64,000 nt of DNA from positions 22,316,345-22,380,344 of the forward strand of contig NC_134028.1 in the NCBI RefSeq assembly GCF_964204645.1, written 5' to 3'. Under the pieces are notes generated by a model. It was given only the letters and a program-made list of their open reading frames with translations. It had not been told where the DNA came from and did not search any database. The DNA comes from Tubulanus polymorphus. Its lineage: Eukaryota; Animalia; Nemertea. A program made the translations under genes and the position numbers. Positions 36,010 through 50,900 of this stretch are shown one piece after another; positions within the stretch are counted from its first letter, which is position 1, and every line of letters begins with the position of its first letter.

Positions 36010-39000
36010 GTAGGTAGATCAATGTTGATATTTACCGAATTAGTTTGTCTTTTGTAGAAACATTCCGTAATAACAGAAGCGTAGCCGCGTGAAACACCCT
36101 TACCAAAAATGTTTGATAGATATTCAAGCATACCCCGGCGTTGGTTTGTGTTGGTTTTCCAAGGTTTTCTGGTAGAGGGTCCCTAACATGCACCAGCGTC
36201 CCAAATGAACGTCACTTCTTTACCATACCAGTGGACCTTTATGTAAATACATCGGTCTCCAGAAAGCCCTTTCAAAGTACTTCTTTTCGTTCACATGCTC
36301 GTAACGTTTCGGAGCAATGCGTCATGTTATTATCCATATTTTCAACAGATGGTGCCTTCTGTTGCAAATACACGCGGATGAGGTTACGATCGCCGTCACT
36401 CGGTTTAGTCGCTGTGCGAGGCTGTCCGTCTATGGCAAAGTATATTGTCTTCCAATTAGTCTTGTATCTGTTTACAAATATTGCTTGTTAACGGAGTCGA
36501 CGCTCCCCGATGACTGCAACCGCCGATGTTCAGCAATTAGACGTTCAACGTCTAAATTTAGACGATATCCGTTGGGAACTGTTAGAAGATTCCGGGTAAA
36601 CTTTGATGATGTTGAATAACGCGTAATCGTTAAATGGCCTTTAAGATTCCCTCGTCGTCGACGCGCACGACTATTAAGTAAAGACGTGTGGCCATTAAAT
36701 GCGAGATGTAAGCCTAAAAGTCGTCAGGCAGCTTTACGTGTATGAGTCAGTCTCCGGAATTCCGTGACCGGCTTATCAGCTGTAGGCGATTACGACTTGC
36801 CCAACGCAATAGTAAAACTTCTCGGGTAGTTCGTTTTAGAAAAGCAGATCGAAATAGCGATTCTCATCGGCGTGACGTTTAGATTTAGATTTTTGTAGAC
36901 AATCTTGCATTGATAGCGGAACTTGATAGACTTGATTTCGTTAAAATTCCTGACACGAGTGGGTGGGTGCCAGCGATCGGAAATGACATTTGCTGCCTGT
37001 ACCCCACACCACCTCAGGCAATCATTATCTAGTTGACTGTCTGGTCTTGCATGCATAATGTCTATATGTCTGAGTTGTGGTGATCCATTTTTATGTATAA
37101 TGCCTCGGGTCCTGAGACCTAGCAAAATCTTGACCACCATTTTCTGTGAGGTTGTCGATACGAAAGGTGTGGGACAGGCGGTTGATTGCCTGAGTGTTTG
37201 GTACAGACAGCAGACTGTAAGATGGTGTATATGGTTTAGACAGCAGATTGTACAAGAGGGGGTACTAAATTGGCGTTATATGACATTGTGACTCAAGATG
37301 AGATATCACTACAACGGAATGGAGTGTATGTTGGTATGCATAGGAATTTAAAACCCTGTTAATCATGCTCTCGGCTAAAATATGGCTTGTTGAAGCCGAT
37401 CCTTCGTCCACGCAAGTCATAATCAGATTAGCGCCGTTCACTGCGCGTCGTCTGGGTCTGATCCTGTAGCAGGCACTGCTTAAAAAATCGATAGATCTTA
37501 CGGCGGGGGATATTTTACGGTAATATCAATCACCGTAATTCCCGCGTCGAGGAGGTAATGACTCTGTCGTCTCACCAAATAACGATAGCTCCGATCGGTG
37601 ACCCGACTCGAAAAATGTTTGAGTAGCGATTTTGTTCGCTATTCGTGATTGAAAAATAACATCGGCTTCGTAATGCGATACCTTACAGGTTGTTTCCTTC
37701 GGTTTTTGTATTCTCACGAACGTGTCCGCCATATTTGGATATTCCGAAGCGCATAGAATCAACATTTATTTCGCGTGCAAAGCTTTTGTTGTTGGTCTTC
37801 TTATAAATAGATGTATTACTTCGCTACCGTATCACCGATGGCTTTTACGGTATTAAGGCTTTCTTAAGATGTCCGTTGACGAGTGACGAGTCGTTCTTAT
37901 CGCAGTAGCCCCATTATTCCATTATCTATCGCAGCCTCTCTCGGCTTTCTCCTCGTATAAACGATATATCCATCTTTTATACTCGCTTCTTCGCGACCAC
38001 AGATTTCTCATCTTCCAGCCGCCTTAACGTCCACGGACTGCGCGCGACGCCATCAATCCATTTAGCAAATTACTCGACCAGTTATCAATCCTTATCAACG
38101 CAGTGAATTACCAACGAACAATAATATTCTTCGATTTATCCGTCTCAGTCGGCGACAAATGTATACGTGTAAATGCGGCAGGTAATTTATCGTGGTCGTT
38201 TTGACCGGGCGAATAGACGACTGGGCCGTAAGCTCCTATAAGCCAGTCCAATGCGTCTGACACTCATCCAAGAAAAACATATTATTAACATGATTTGTCC
38301 GAAAAACTGCGCATTTCGACCCAATTTATCAGACACGAATTTTGTTTAGAAAAAGAGTTTCATCGGCTCCTAAAGTCCGAGATTCAACATAACATCCTTG
38401 AAAAAACACACGTTTGGCCCGATCTGTCCAGCGAGCTCAGTTCTGATTTTAAGGCTAATATGTGCGACAATAACACGCGTGTTTTGGTGGTCAAATGTGG
38501 TGACAGACAGCACATATTTCAGTTTAGTGGCCTATGGCGCTATCTGGTATACATTACAGATAAGTTCTTGATTGTCAGGGTTTGACATATTGTAATTCAA
38601 GAATTTTAATTGATTCTTTGTTTGAGTAAGATCCGCGAAAAAGGACTCCGACAATGCTTGCAATTGATACCTGCGAAAGAACACACAATCCAGAAACAGA
38701 ATTAGACAACTCCCTCGACGCTGCTTTCAACGTTCGAGCGGACTGCGTAGCGTTCATTGATCCTCGGTAGTATAGGCCTTACACGTTACGACGCAACTAT
38801 TCGTCGCCACCATCATCGCCATTATCGGTAAGTTATTAGCGTATCGATATTCGAACTCTTTGAAAATGATTCGATTCTAATCTACAGAACGTATGCGCAT
38901 GTTGCCAAACATTACAATCGATACAGCTATCAAACATTGTTAATGATAGATCCCTCGAGGGCAACGTCGCATATTATATGTATTTGCCAACCATCGAACT

Positions 39001-41551
39001 GCAAGAGCGCCGAAATTTGACTCGCCCTAGCTCACACGGCGCGGTACGTGTCGCGCGTGGCCTGTAGTGACATTTCGGCCGTCAAAGCTTTCCGAAATGT
39101 CAAAAACGCATTTTACGTCGATTTTTATAGATTTATCGAAATTCCGACGCAAAGCTGAATCGATTCTAGAAACGATGAATCGTTCTATGCGTAGAATATT
39201 AAACCACGAGCGAATGGCGAGAAAAACGTCAAAACTAGAAAAGACCTCGCTCGGCGGAACCGCTCTTCTTCACGACCCGTACGCAATTTCACCTATAACG
39301 CGGGTATAAACGTCGTTAACTGCGAATAAACGCCCGAGGACTAGAAAAACTCGAGCGTATTACCCGAACTAATACGGAATAATCCGGGCAGACACGAGTT
39401 GATTATGCCGAGTCGGCTTCCCTCGCCGATAATCGGGCATTAGCGTGTTATTTCCCAGAGAACGCGAGGCTAATTACAAGTATGATTGCCAATATGAAAC
39501 GATCGAGTCAAAACTGCTTGAGGTACTTAATTACGCTTATAATGAAAACCGCGGCGTTGACGACACGCGAAACAAAACGAGGGGAAAAGTAATGCACGAC
39601 GACATCGTCCCCGGACATACATAAACACTACGCGTTTCGCATAACGCGTTTAGGAGATAATCATCATTTCCAATTCGCCGACAAATCTCGTATTCGAAAT
39701 GAATTGGAAGATATTATTCTAGGTGAATTGACGTTTATTTCTCGTGAAGCGATTATAGCGAAGCATAATTCCGCCGTAGGTTATTTTTAGATTTGGTTGG
39801 TAAAACCGGTCTTCGGGGCAGACCCTAGTAGCAAGAGTTCTGATATCAACGCTTCTAAGCCTTTTCATCCTCATTTTTTTCGGAATTGCGTATTTTTGCT
39901 CTTATAGGCATTCATTTAAGGTCCTGTAATTGATTCTAATTTACCGATTTTATCACGCCGATTCGAGCCAGTTTGAAAGCTACTCGGTACTCATGCGCCG
40001 GGTAATCCATTTGGCCGAAGGTAAGATCTACTGATTCAGGTCTCGTTCGGACGATTTGAAATAGATAACGTTCATTGTGCGAACCGACTGCTGTCATTCC
40101 CGGCGGTAATTAGCACCACCGTTCTCTCTGTAGATGTATATAATAAACACGTATGATACGAATATTTCCGGGATACAGCTGTAAGTGACATGCGGCAACA
40201 CCTCGGAGCCACATGTCGTCTTCATCCCCCTTTTGATCATCACACACGGCTTTACGTGCTGTGCTATCTAGTTCGTTAATATCACAACAGCGCTATTGAT
40301 ACCGGGTAATCCGCTTGTCGGGGGCTGAGAGAACAACTCGCTAACGGCAACACTTTTGCGGCAAGCGAGATTCCACCCGAGTCCGCCAGGTGTCGCTAGT
40401 GTGCGGTACGATGGAAACGTTGGGTTTCTTCTTTGTGAACAATGAATTCTCAAATTCTATTCTAAACGATTACTCTACGTTCGAATGTGGCAAGCGAGGA
40501 TTCACCAGGTTCGCTAGTGTGCATTCAGACAGCAACTCCCCGATTTCTTCTCAAGATTCAATTAAAATCTATCCATAATTTCTCATAATATGCTGATAAG
40601 TAAAGTCCACCCTATATATCAACCTTAAGATCATCTGAGTTTATCAAGAGGAGCGATTTTCCTTATTTCTGATGAGGGAGGCTTAAAATCTAGACGAAAG
40701 TTCATCGAAAATGAACTAGATTTTGACGGGGTCGTCGCACTGATACGCACGCCATCTAGTGGGATAGCTGGTGGCACAGAGTGCTCATTGTGCCACATTT
40801 TGTCTCTATGTAGATAAATGCTTGATTGGCCTGAATTTTGAAATCGAAGACCGAAGATTGAGAAATGCAGTCTTAATAACTTCGTATGTTTTGTAATTCA
40901 TACCCGCCGAGATATTGAATTTTATTAAGTAACTGTTAATTTGCATGCAGTAGTCGTGTATTATACGATGAATTTAATCGCATGCAAGGTTTTCAATTTG
41001 CGCACAGGGGTCTGTGTCTGGCGCATTCAGCCGCATTCTGCCGCGCCTCTGGTTTAATAGTCTGCGCGCTGCAGAATGAAATTTCTAATTAGATAAATCA
41101 AATCATAAAACCACCGAACGGCGACAACTACGACACGTTGCCTAGGCAACAGGTGGTGTTAATTGTTGAACCTCGTAGGTAAAAATGTATAATCTTCATT
41201 AAATTCCAAAGGTATTGCGTGAAAAGAAACGCGAATTTTAGGCTCAACGAAAATGATAACTTGACTTAGTTTCTCCCGAGTGGCCGGGCCACTTTTATTT
41301 AAACTGCAGTAGACATTTGTAATCAGTTCGTTCCTATGCATAGCTGCCGGGTCGGTTATGGATAGCATGATATTGATTTAGAAAGTGTGATGTTGGGCCT
41401 ACATGGTAGATAGGCCGCCAGCGGGGTCAACTTTTAAGCTCACCAGACGCTGAAACAAGGTATCATTCTTTTAGATATTTTCACTTCGACAGTTGTGAGT
41501 TTGATTTGACTCGAGTGATATCCGAACTCAAAACTGTGGAACTGGGTCCAG

Positions 41552-41835
41552 AACATACGATGGTCATCGCGATTTGTTTACACTGGAATCTGATAGATAT
41601 GCGCGACACGTTGATCAGTGGTATTGCCTTAGTTTGTACCAACGCCGGCCATCGGAACAAAAATGCCAAAGACGCCTCGATCTACGCCGATATTCTCCGT
41701 TACGACGTTTTTGAAATTCCGGAAACGCGTCCGATTCGCCGTGCTGATATATTCATCCCTATACGCAGAGACATCGATTTCGTTTCGACGAAACGCGACC
41801 TTGACCTTGCTAGTTGGAGCACTGTTTATGATTGA
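41552..41835 (+). pseudogene. Possible NYN (LabA/PIN-like RNase) domain fragment
   Basis: RDTLISGIALVCTNAGHRNKNAKDASIYADILRY...DIFIPIRRDIDFVSTKRDL resembles the NYN pattern G(I/V)xL...KxAADxxIxxD...(L/I)ISGDxDF...L. Its 5' side abuts a MITE end. Confidence 0.4.
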
Positions 41836-42495
41836 TGGTGTTTGTCCACTTCCAGCCGAGTATCGCGCGAGTAGTACCATTATTTTTTTTTCATAAATCG
41901 CACGCTTCTCTATTGCCTATTAGGTTGTATACGTTCCCGGCGCGATTCGGTCAATACCAATAAGATCTTTCAGCTATTCGTTACTTTTCACATCTCTTCC
42001 TGATTATCGAATGCGTCGCTATCGCTTCATATTTGCCGACTATCTTGAACTATGAAAGACAATAGAATGTCTATCAAGCAGTTTTACATGGAAGGAATAC
42101 GCAGCGAACCTATTAGAAAACCTCTAGCATCCGATGTCATAGTTTGTTTACCCGTCAGCACTGGGGATTTGCCGTACGAAACGACAGAAGACAATCGAGG
42201 GATTTACAAACTTCGAGGGTCTTTCATGTAATACATGACGCTGTCATTGTATTGACCGGCAATATGGCGTCGGCCATGACGTATCAACTAAATCACATGA
42301 CTGCAACGGGTTTTTACCGATCATCACCAAATTCAAAAGTTCATTCGAAATGATGCCATTGCTACTTAATATGAACGTTTATAGCGGTGTATCCTGAGGG
42401 TTCAAACCCACCCCTTTTTCAGTTGATCGCCGTAGGAAAAACAAAAGTAGCTGATTGTAATATTTCCGATGACATTTTCAACTAGATTGCCCCTA

Positions 42496-42658
42496 GGGAT
42501 CATTCATTTATTGCGTACGCATTAGGGGAGGGGAGGGGTCAGTGCAATTGCGTACTGTAATGCTTAATGTATATGAAAGAATGGCCGATTTTGCGTACAG
42601 AGGGGGAGGGGGGGTTTAGAAAAAGTCAAATTTTATGCGTACGTAATAAATGAATCCC
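42496..42658. mobile_element. MITE with ~27-bp TIRs
   Basis: TA-GGGATCATTCATTTATTGCGTACGCAT...ATGCGTACGTAATAAATGAATCCC-TA. Confidence 0.8.
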
Positions 42659-45629
42659 TATGATCCCCTACGCCTGCGTAAAACATAGCTCAGTTTCCAA
42701 ACCCCTCATTTTTGATTCGGGCAGTTTCCCTTTTACGACCCTAGATCCACTAATCGGTGACGTACGCGTCGTTGCTTTCGATGTTATGCGACCTACAGTA
42801 AACAGTAGTACAAACAGGAATTTCATCAAGTATACAATTTTGATATAGAAAAACAACAACAAACAAACAAAAACAAATATAAGACGCACAATAAAAAGAA
42901 AAAAAAAACATTAAAGGAGAGAGCGAGAAGTAATGAATATGAATTTATACAGTACAAGATTTTCCAGTCCTATCAGACACCAGACACCTGGGGACCGGTG
43001 TAGTCTGAATTCATTGTAGCCACGATTGATTGAAATGGCTTCATTATATGTATTCACATGCATATATTTGATTGGTTTGGATTCTCTATTTCCGGGCCGA
43101 CGCGTCTGAAAACCCCGTCGAGGTAGAAATGCCTCCTATCGCAAAACACACGATGAATAATTGACTTCACGGCGAGGCTGACGATTTTTATATTCGTTAC
43201 GTATATATACGAACGAAATATTCGCCGTCGCATTCCTGATAGCAATATTGACTTTCAGACCGATAAATATTCGAAACCGATTTATCTTCGCTTTCACGGC
43301 AGAGGCAACGATTCAGGCGCCGTTAACAGAACGAGGAATTCTTCAATCGTCGAATCGAACTTCAAATATTCAACCGTCGTTTTGACCTTTACATTTATAC
43401 GCGTACAATTTTATGTTAATATCCCGGGTTATCTAGGTGCATCATTTCGTATTCGCGAAATGGAGAAAACATATTCAATTTTCAAGATAAACACGTTGAT
43501 AAAACACAAATGATTTCATTCTCGTTTTTCGTTACGTTCGATCGAGTCCTGTTGACTGCTTCCAGTGTGCGGGAGTGGTTTCATTGTGAGATATAACTGA
43601 ATAATCCAAGAGGGCTAGTCATGGGAAAACAAAGATCCAATCGACATAAAGCAAAAACAATCAAAATTTTAAATTCGCTGTTTGTTCTCTGGGGCACCTA
43701 TACGTAGTTTCAGTACAGACTGGGGACCATTGGTGCCATATACATAGCAACTACAGAAAATCGAGGGTATCTCATTTTTTGTGTTTGACTACCAAAAGGC
43801 GGTGTGGGCTCTAGTCTGCAAACTTGAGTAGCCATTTTGTGGTGTCGGTCCCCTTATATCGACCATCATTAAGAACAAACAAAAATCACCTCGGAAAAAT
43901 AAGGCAGATTTCCCTCTCTCTATCAGTGCTATGTGAAATGTTGTGTTGAGCGCATGGTGCGGTAGAACTATCGGTTGTCTCTTTCGTGTATCGGGGATGA
44001 GAATTATCGCGATTAAGGAATCTCCCCAGCGACTAGCGCGGCATGCTAATTCGACTCGTTACCGACGACAAAAAGGCTTGTTGACCCGAGAGATGTGCCG
44101 TTGATCAACGAAACTGCTGCAGTGAATATCTTCAAAACGACACGACCTTGTCGCCGGGCTCGTTGTGCGCTAGCGTTTAATGGGATTTACACCGGCTTAG
44201 CTCGATAAGAGCATACGACATCACCGATTCGGTGTACTCATATTATACTCGCCGTTAATGTATCCCGGAATCCGCTGTTTATTCAACCTTGAACTTAATC
44301 TACATTCAACATAGGATACCTAGATTAAGACCACTTCCATCACGAAAAGCTTACGCTTTGTTTATCTTGTTCCCTATTGGACGTAAAACGTCTATAATGC
44401 ACAATAAACCTTGCGTATAAGTCGGATGGGCGTAAGTCGGATAATGTCTTACCGGATGAACATTGATGATCTCGAGTTTACCTTTTCTTTTTTAAAGGAA
44501 TAGATGTTCTAAAGTCAGATTTGGTTAGTCGGAGACTCGCCAATCTCGTATAAACTACTTTTCTCGGTCCCAAAATAGAAAATCGGTCAAACCACAGCCG
44601 AAAGTCGAGGGCTATATTTTTCCCATTGCAGTTATATTACTTCCCTGTCCCGACCCCTGTTCTTGGCTTGAAATCGACAAAACAGCCAACAGTCGTTATT
44701 CTATTTGTCGTTAGTGTATTAGCATAGAACAATGAAACCGACTTATTTCAGTATTTTTGAATAATTCTTGTAGATGTAGATTAAATTTTTTTCGTGAACA
44801 GAAATTAATTCTCGAATCGTAGTTTTCGAAAAAAGGTTGGAAATCCAACTTAACCGAAGTCGAACTTTTGACTGAGGAATTTTTAAGTTCCAAAAGATCC
44901 GACTCGCGCAAGATTTACTGTATGTCCAAAATGCTGAGCTTATATCTGCCATCATTGGTTGGCAAACACAATAAGTGGCCTACGTGCATGACAGACACTC
45001 TAAGCTTGTTGTGCATGTGTAGCCGGTACTGCCGCAGAGAAACTATGACATTACATGCGAGACTAGCCCTATGATAATCTCGATGAAGCGCTCTCGAGTC
45101 TGTGCTGCAACGATGGAATAAAATATCCCATAGACACTCAGAAAGAAAACGAGTCTGAAATGCTGTTTATGTTCAACTTTTCGACTTTTTTTCCTCATAG
45201 TCATCCTCAGGAAGAGTTGTCCTTGTTCATTTGAAATCTATATTGACCTCAAAACTTGAAACTACATCACGAATTTGATTAAATCGTCTATTCAAGCGAA
45301 TATGACGAATTGGCAGCCATCGTGCGGCTTCGAATTCTACCTGATGACGTCATCGCCCATGCCAGTACGCCGCGTCGCTTCACGGAATTTCCTATCGATC
45401 AAATCAAATCATATTTCCATAGATATCTCGCATGGGTGAATTTAGTTCGCCGTATAATTCGTTTAGCCACGATGTAAGCATAACAAATATTTCTCAATTT
45501 TTTGCCGAGCTCCGGGATGAGATGTCAGGCGATTTGACAGTCGCGTCAGATCGAGTAAATTCAGGACTCGAACCCCGGTCTGTTATATCGAGCGTGGAGT
45601 GAATGGGATTCCGATCGATCCGAACATCG

Positions 45630-46095
45630 CATATCCCCTCTTGCCACGAGTGGAATCCTCTATTGCCGCAGTAGTTGATGCCCTTCTGCCTGTACAATAG
45701 CGAACCTAGCGGATCCTCACTTCCCGCAAGTGGAATCCTCTATTGCCGCAATAATTGATGTCCTACGGTATGATGATATGATATGATTTATTTTGCATAA
45801 AAGATCATATCATATCATCATACCGTAGGACATTAATTATTGCGAGAATAGAGGATTCCACTTGCGGGAAGTGAGGATCCGTATAAAATGCACCTGACGG
45901 AACCTCACTTGCCACAAATGGAATCTTCTATTGCCACAGTAGTTGCCCCACTGCCTGTACAATAGCGAACCTAGCGGATCCTCACCTGCCGCAAGTGGAA
46001 TCCAATATTTCTGAAGTAGTTGATGCCCTACTCTACGATAGCGAACCTATGGATCCTCACTTGCCACAAGTGAAATCCTCGATTCCCATAGTGTG
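45630..46095. repeat. ~80-bp minisatellite array containing a 172-bp hairpin (45710-45881)
   Basis: The unit GGATCCTCACTTGCCACAAGTGGAATCCTCTATTGCCGCAGTAGTTGATGCCC...ATAGCGAACCTAGC occurs about 5 times in direct orientation, plus one inverted unit. Confidence 0.9.
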
Positions 46096-47774
46096 GTTCA
46101 ACTCGCGATCTATCGCTGTAAACAGAACCGCACTGTTCGCATTGACCGAATTCATCTGAGCCGAAAAACTCATTTTTCCATCCATGCCTCGTTCGGTTTC
46201 ACGTTTCCGAGCAATCTCCCCGGCAACAAACACAACTCTTGTCAAATAGTTTTTTCTACCGCTGACTTGTAGGGTCACACGTCGATATTTCACGAGGGTG
46301 CATTCATCAAATTACGCGCGGCGGCGGCGACAATTGATCATCGATGATGAATATCGTCGTCATAATCTCGTTTATCGGGTTAAGCGATCGAAGTCGAACG
46401 TGTCCGGGGAACGATTAATATAAATATCGCCTCGTATCGCCAGCCTCTAGTCTAACTCTCGTCGCTTTCCTGATTGATTCTGTAGGCTTTTTGTAGAGAT
46501 ATTTATTTTCTGTTTTTTTTTCTTCGGAATGTTTGATCGATCGTATACGCGCGACGGAAAATCCCAGATTTACGGAAATGTTTCGTTGATTGCAATCGAG
46601 AATTTGCATATTCGAATTCATACGAGGCACGTATCTATCAGTTTTCATCCATCCGAGCGAAAAGTCAGAATGGATTTGATTTCATCTAATTTCATTTGAT
46701 TCATCAACCGTAACATGACGTTTGACGTTTTCTCATCATTTTCATTCCGTAAATATGATATTGACTGAGGGAGAGACTCTCTCCTAGAGATATCTCTGCA
46801 TGTAGACTACCCGATTCCCAAGACCATATTTTGAATAAGTCTACAAGTGCCTACAAATTCATACAATTATAAAATTCTCAGGGCAAACGGCTCCGTTATC
46901 TGCCCCACGTTTATACAACAAGGGTAAAAATTATCCTAATTTTTACTAAATATTCATCATTTCTCTAAATGCTCACCTATATAAACCATGGTAAAAATTG
47001 ATTAAGAATATTATTCACGTATTTCTCCTTGCTTAAACTGGCTTCGCGTCTAATACGTAAATGTATGAACGCGTGTTTCATGTATAGACCTGTTTTTGTG
47101 CTCTGCGCAAATGTAATTTTTTGTTGAGCATTAAACTAATTGTAAATTGTAGATTGTAGCTTTTCGACGTGATTACGCCATTGTTTACAAACACAACAAA
47201 TGGTTCACATGACAGACTCTCGAAGTTTGCAAATCCTTGATTATCGTTTGTTGTCATGTTTATATGTCAAGTTTCCAGCAGTCGTTGGAAAGCTTACTAT
47301 GACGTCACGCGCATGGCCTCTCATGTATAGCGTGCGTTCTGACATGACAACCCGGAGGAAGCTTTTAAGCCCGTTTCGGTGCTTCTTTTCTGGATAAACT
47401 GTCAATTAGTTTATCGTGGCGTGAGATGCGTATAACGACTCGATGACGGTCATTTCCAACGTTTAAGCGCTATATTCGGCGTTTCCTGTCGCTGATATAT
47501 AATGCTGTTGCGTTGGCAGATTTAGTGTGAAGAACAAACTCTTGTCATCAACTAATGGCGTCAAAGATCGGATCTTCGCGCGACAAAATGCCAATCTTCT
47601 TTCTTTCATAAGGGCTGCTTTCTTGTGGAAGCTAACTGTTGCTTCAAAGCAGTCATTCATCTAATATTAATACATTTCTAATACACATTGTTTATTCCTA
47701 TTTAATTAGATATATTTATATGAAAAATAAATCATATCAAATCATACCATTTTCACAATCTGCTTTCGCGCAAA

Positions 47775-47900
47775 AATTTGAGATAGACTTATTCGCATCG
47801 AGATTAAATTTTCAGTTAAAGCCATATGTGTCATATCGGTCTGACCCAGAAGCGTTTAGCGTAGACGCATGATGAACTGGTCGCATTATTACTTTTACAT
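47775..47900 (+). mobile_element. DIRS (tyrosine-recombinase retrotransposon) relic: methyltransferase-like segment downstream of RNase H
   Basis: EIDLFASRLNFQLKPYVSYRSDPEAFSVDA then MNWSHYYFY after a frameshift, matching the DIRS1 DLFASxxNxxL...DP.A...DA...W motif. Confidence 0.75.
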
Positions 47901-50900
47901 TTGATGTACACGGCTTCTAGCATTAATATGGCTTCACTTGTTGAATATCCTATTCTGAACATCCACGGGCCGGCGAAAGGTATACGACTCATTTTCATAT
48001 ATATATATATACTTCACCCCAGACTTCTATACAAAAATTACGTAAGAATCGTGACGTATCGAGACAACTGCGTGTACTTTATCTGAATCAGATCAAATCA
48101 CGTAAACGCGATATTAATGCAAACGGAAATGAATGCGCTTCCGATTTATCGATCATAGCCTCGCAGTTTCTATTCCAATTCTCTTTTTTGTCTGTAGTAT
48201 AATTATCCCCGGTATTACCTTCCCGCGACGTGTATATGCGCGTATAATTCGTGCCAAAGGTTAGTTCTATATAGTGCGCCTTCTAAAGGAGACGGCGTGT
48301 ATATAGTCTTAACCGTGCCGCGCCGAATGACTGACGGACAAGCGCGCCGAGAATTCCTGGCGCGGTTCCCTGGGATGATGAGGTCTCGACTGGCTCGATG
48401 AATTGAATGATCGATGACTTCGCGTTCGATGTCAGAAAGAAACGAAAACCGATGTACCGAATAAATACGGATATAGGCCATGGGAAAAATTGTTATAGCT
48501 CGACGTGTGGAAAACTACGAACATTTTTAGAATTCCGCTTCGTCGAAACAAGCCAGAAGAAAAAGCTACGACTATGACGAAAGATTTGAAGAATTTCTGA
48601 ATTATCAAACCTCGGTTTTCGTTTCCATGAGCGACAGTCCACAATTCGAATGAAGAAGATGCATTTTAGTACAATTTATTAAACAAAGTCAATAGTTTAA
48701 ACAAAATGAATACATGCTAAGGTCCAACGGACAGTATAAGCAATCACAAAAGAAAAGGATGCATGATGTACGAAGACAGACCAAGAACGTGGTTGTGTTT
48801 CGACTCGACTTCATGTGCTCTTTACTGTCTTTACCATACTCGCAAGTTTTGAAAATAATAATTGAATCGAAACGTCTCTGAAACACTTCGACGTTATTCG
48901 TCTTCAACATATAGAAAGTGCCACACTGATTGATACAAAGGAAGGTTAAGTCAGAAAAGTTTCCTTTCAGCTAAGAATCCATTAATCCAACGTTTCGACT
49001 ATACTGGAATAACCTAATGCCCGAATATTAGGATGACTATTAGGTTAAAGTCGAAATCAGTCGGACTGTCGTCGACTCTGGCCGTCCGAGTGGCGACTAC
49101 CGTCTGAGAAGATGTAACTCATGAATTTCCATAAGACTAACTGAATATATTTTACTAAAAATCTACAAGGTTTGATCATATACGCATGCGCAGAGGAAGG
49201 AGAGACGTGGGTGATAACTCTAGAAATGTCGTTTATCTAAAGAGAGTCGAATTACCGTAATTCCTGAATGAAAATGTACTGATAAGAAGCGGTTCACGCT
49301 GTAAAATAGAAAAAGAATGGTGCCAAACTGAATGGCGTCACCGACAATAATGAATAAATTTATACGCACTCTTTCGTTGTATTAGTCAGGGATTTTCTCC
49401 GTATCGTTACAACACGGATTAGTGTCTAGTCACCGAGGTGTCTTCAATGATACGGACTCTTTCTTCAATCGAAGAATAATACACATGCGCTTATATCTAT
49501 CATCAGAAGGAAAACAAAGCCTAAATACGCGATCCGTTGCCGGTTCTTTTGTCGATGGTATCTCCCGTATAACGGGGAATAGAATTCCAGGAAAAACGAG
49601 GTCTAGCATTTCTCAGAAATTCGCGTCCCGCTTTCGTCGCTTAACGCGCGTAGTTGCCACCGCCGGCTGTTTTTGATATGAATTTGAAAATTTGATTTTC
49701 TTGCGGGAGGGATTTTCCTCGGCGGCGGTGCGCGCTGTGAATAATCTGTTTAAAACGCCGTGTCGCCTGTCGATATCGGAGCATGCTGATAATATCAGCC
49801 TGTGCAAAACAACGCCGCGATTTTACCATACATTTACACATAAATTAAGACCAGGGTCCAGTTCCACAGTTCTGATCAGTGCTGGAAAACATATTGAAAC
49901 TATGAGATATTCAATTGTGATGCAAATCTAATTCTAAACATTTTTCATTTATTGTGTTTAAGTGTTTAAGGCCCGATTTGACGCAAATGTCACATTACCG
50001 AAAAATAGAAAATGAAATTTGGACTTGCTTTTATGATCTATCGGTACTGTTAATACCAAATATGACATTTTTCATTGCATGGGATCTCTACTTGGGAGCC
50101 TGCATTGGTAAATGCATACAACATACACGCCGTTATTTAGCCGGTCGATAGAAAATGACGAAAATAACCTAATTAGAAACAAAATGAACGAGTGGGCGTT
50201 TGGTAAGAAGTTGTTGTATATACAGGCTATTGAACTCTGTCCCCTGTGCGTCGTCTTACGGCGGCCATTACTCAACAGTCGCCGCTATCACTTACAGGGC
50301 AGGTGGCAATAAAATGAGATTTATGGACAAACGCCCGGTTTCGAAACGCCGGATGAATTTTGACACGCTAGGATGTCATTACCAGTGTAAGAAGTCGCTT
50401 CACGTGTTGTTTTAAGTCTTCGTTGTCACCGAGTAATTAGCAGGAAAGAAATGGAAGTTTTCGCTAAGGTTATTAACTGCACACACGCGTGTAGTTTATT
50501 CAGTATTCGCAGAACGAAGGCGCTATTGTCGTAGCCGTGTGCTCGGTGGTCCTTTCATCATCATTGAGAAACAGCTCTCCATCTTACCATTTGAAGTTTG
50601 ATATACTTGATTTATCTGCTAAAGATAGAGACACAACGGACAGCTTTTTAATCAAAGCCGATAGAAAGACAATACGTGTTCCTTGGTGTATAGCGTTGTC
50701 GACATGGCGGCGGCTTAAGTAGCGTCTTCACACTGTCTTGTTTATGGTATAGTTACCAAGGCGTGGTCCATTTCGTCATTTTTAATGTCAACGTTAATCA
50801 ATGGTATCTTATGAAATGTTTAGCCTCAATACGGCTCGTTCATGATCACGATATACTAAATGTTCATAAGTTATTTGTTGCTTAGGTCACAACTAAATGA

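Noticed and set aside
36790-37330. ORFs with faint CUB-like or transposase-like words
   Set aside because: No consistent motif set or splice sites; cannot be assigned without a search.
45630-46095. Repeat array considered as CRISPR-like
   Set aside because: Units are contiguous ~80-bp tandem copies without unique spacers, the context is eukaryotic, and there are no cas genes.
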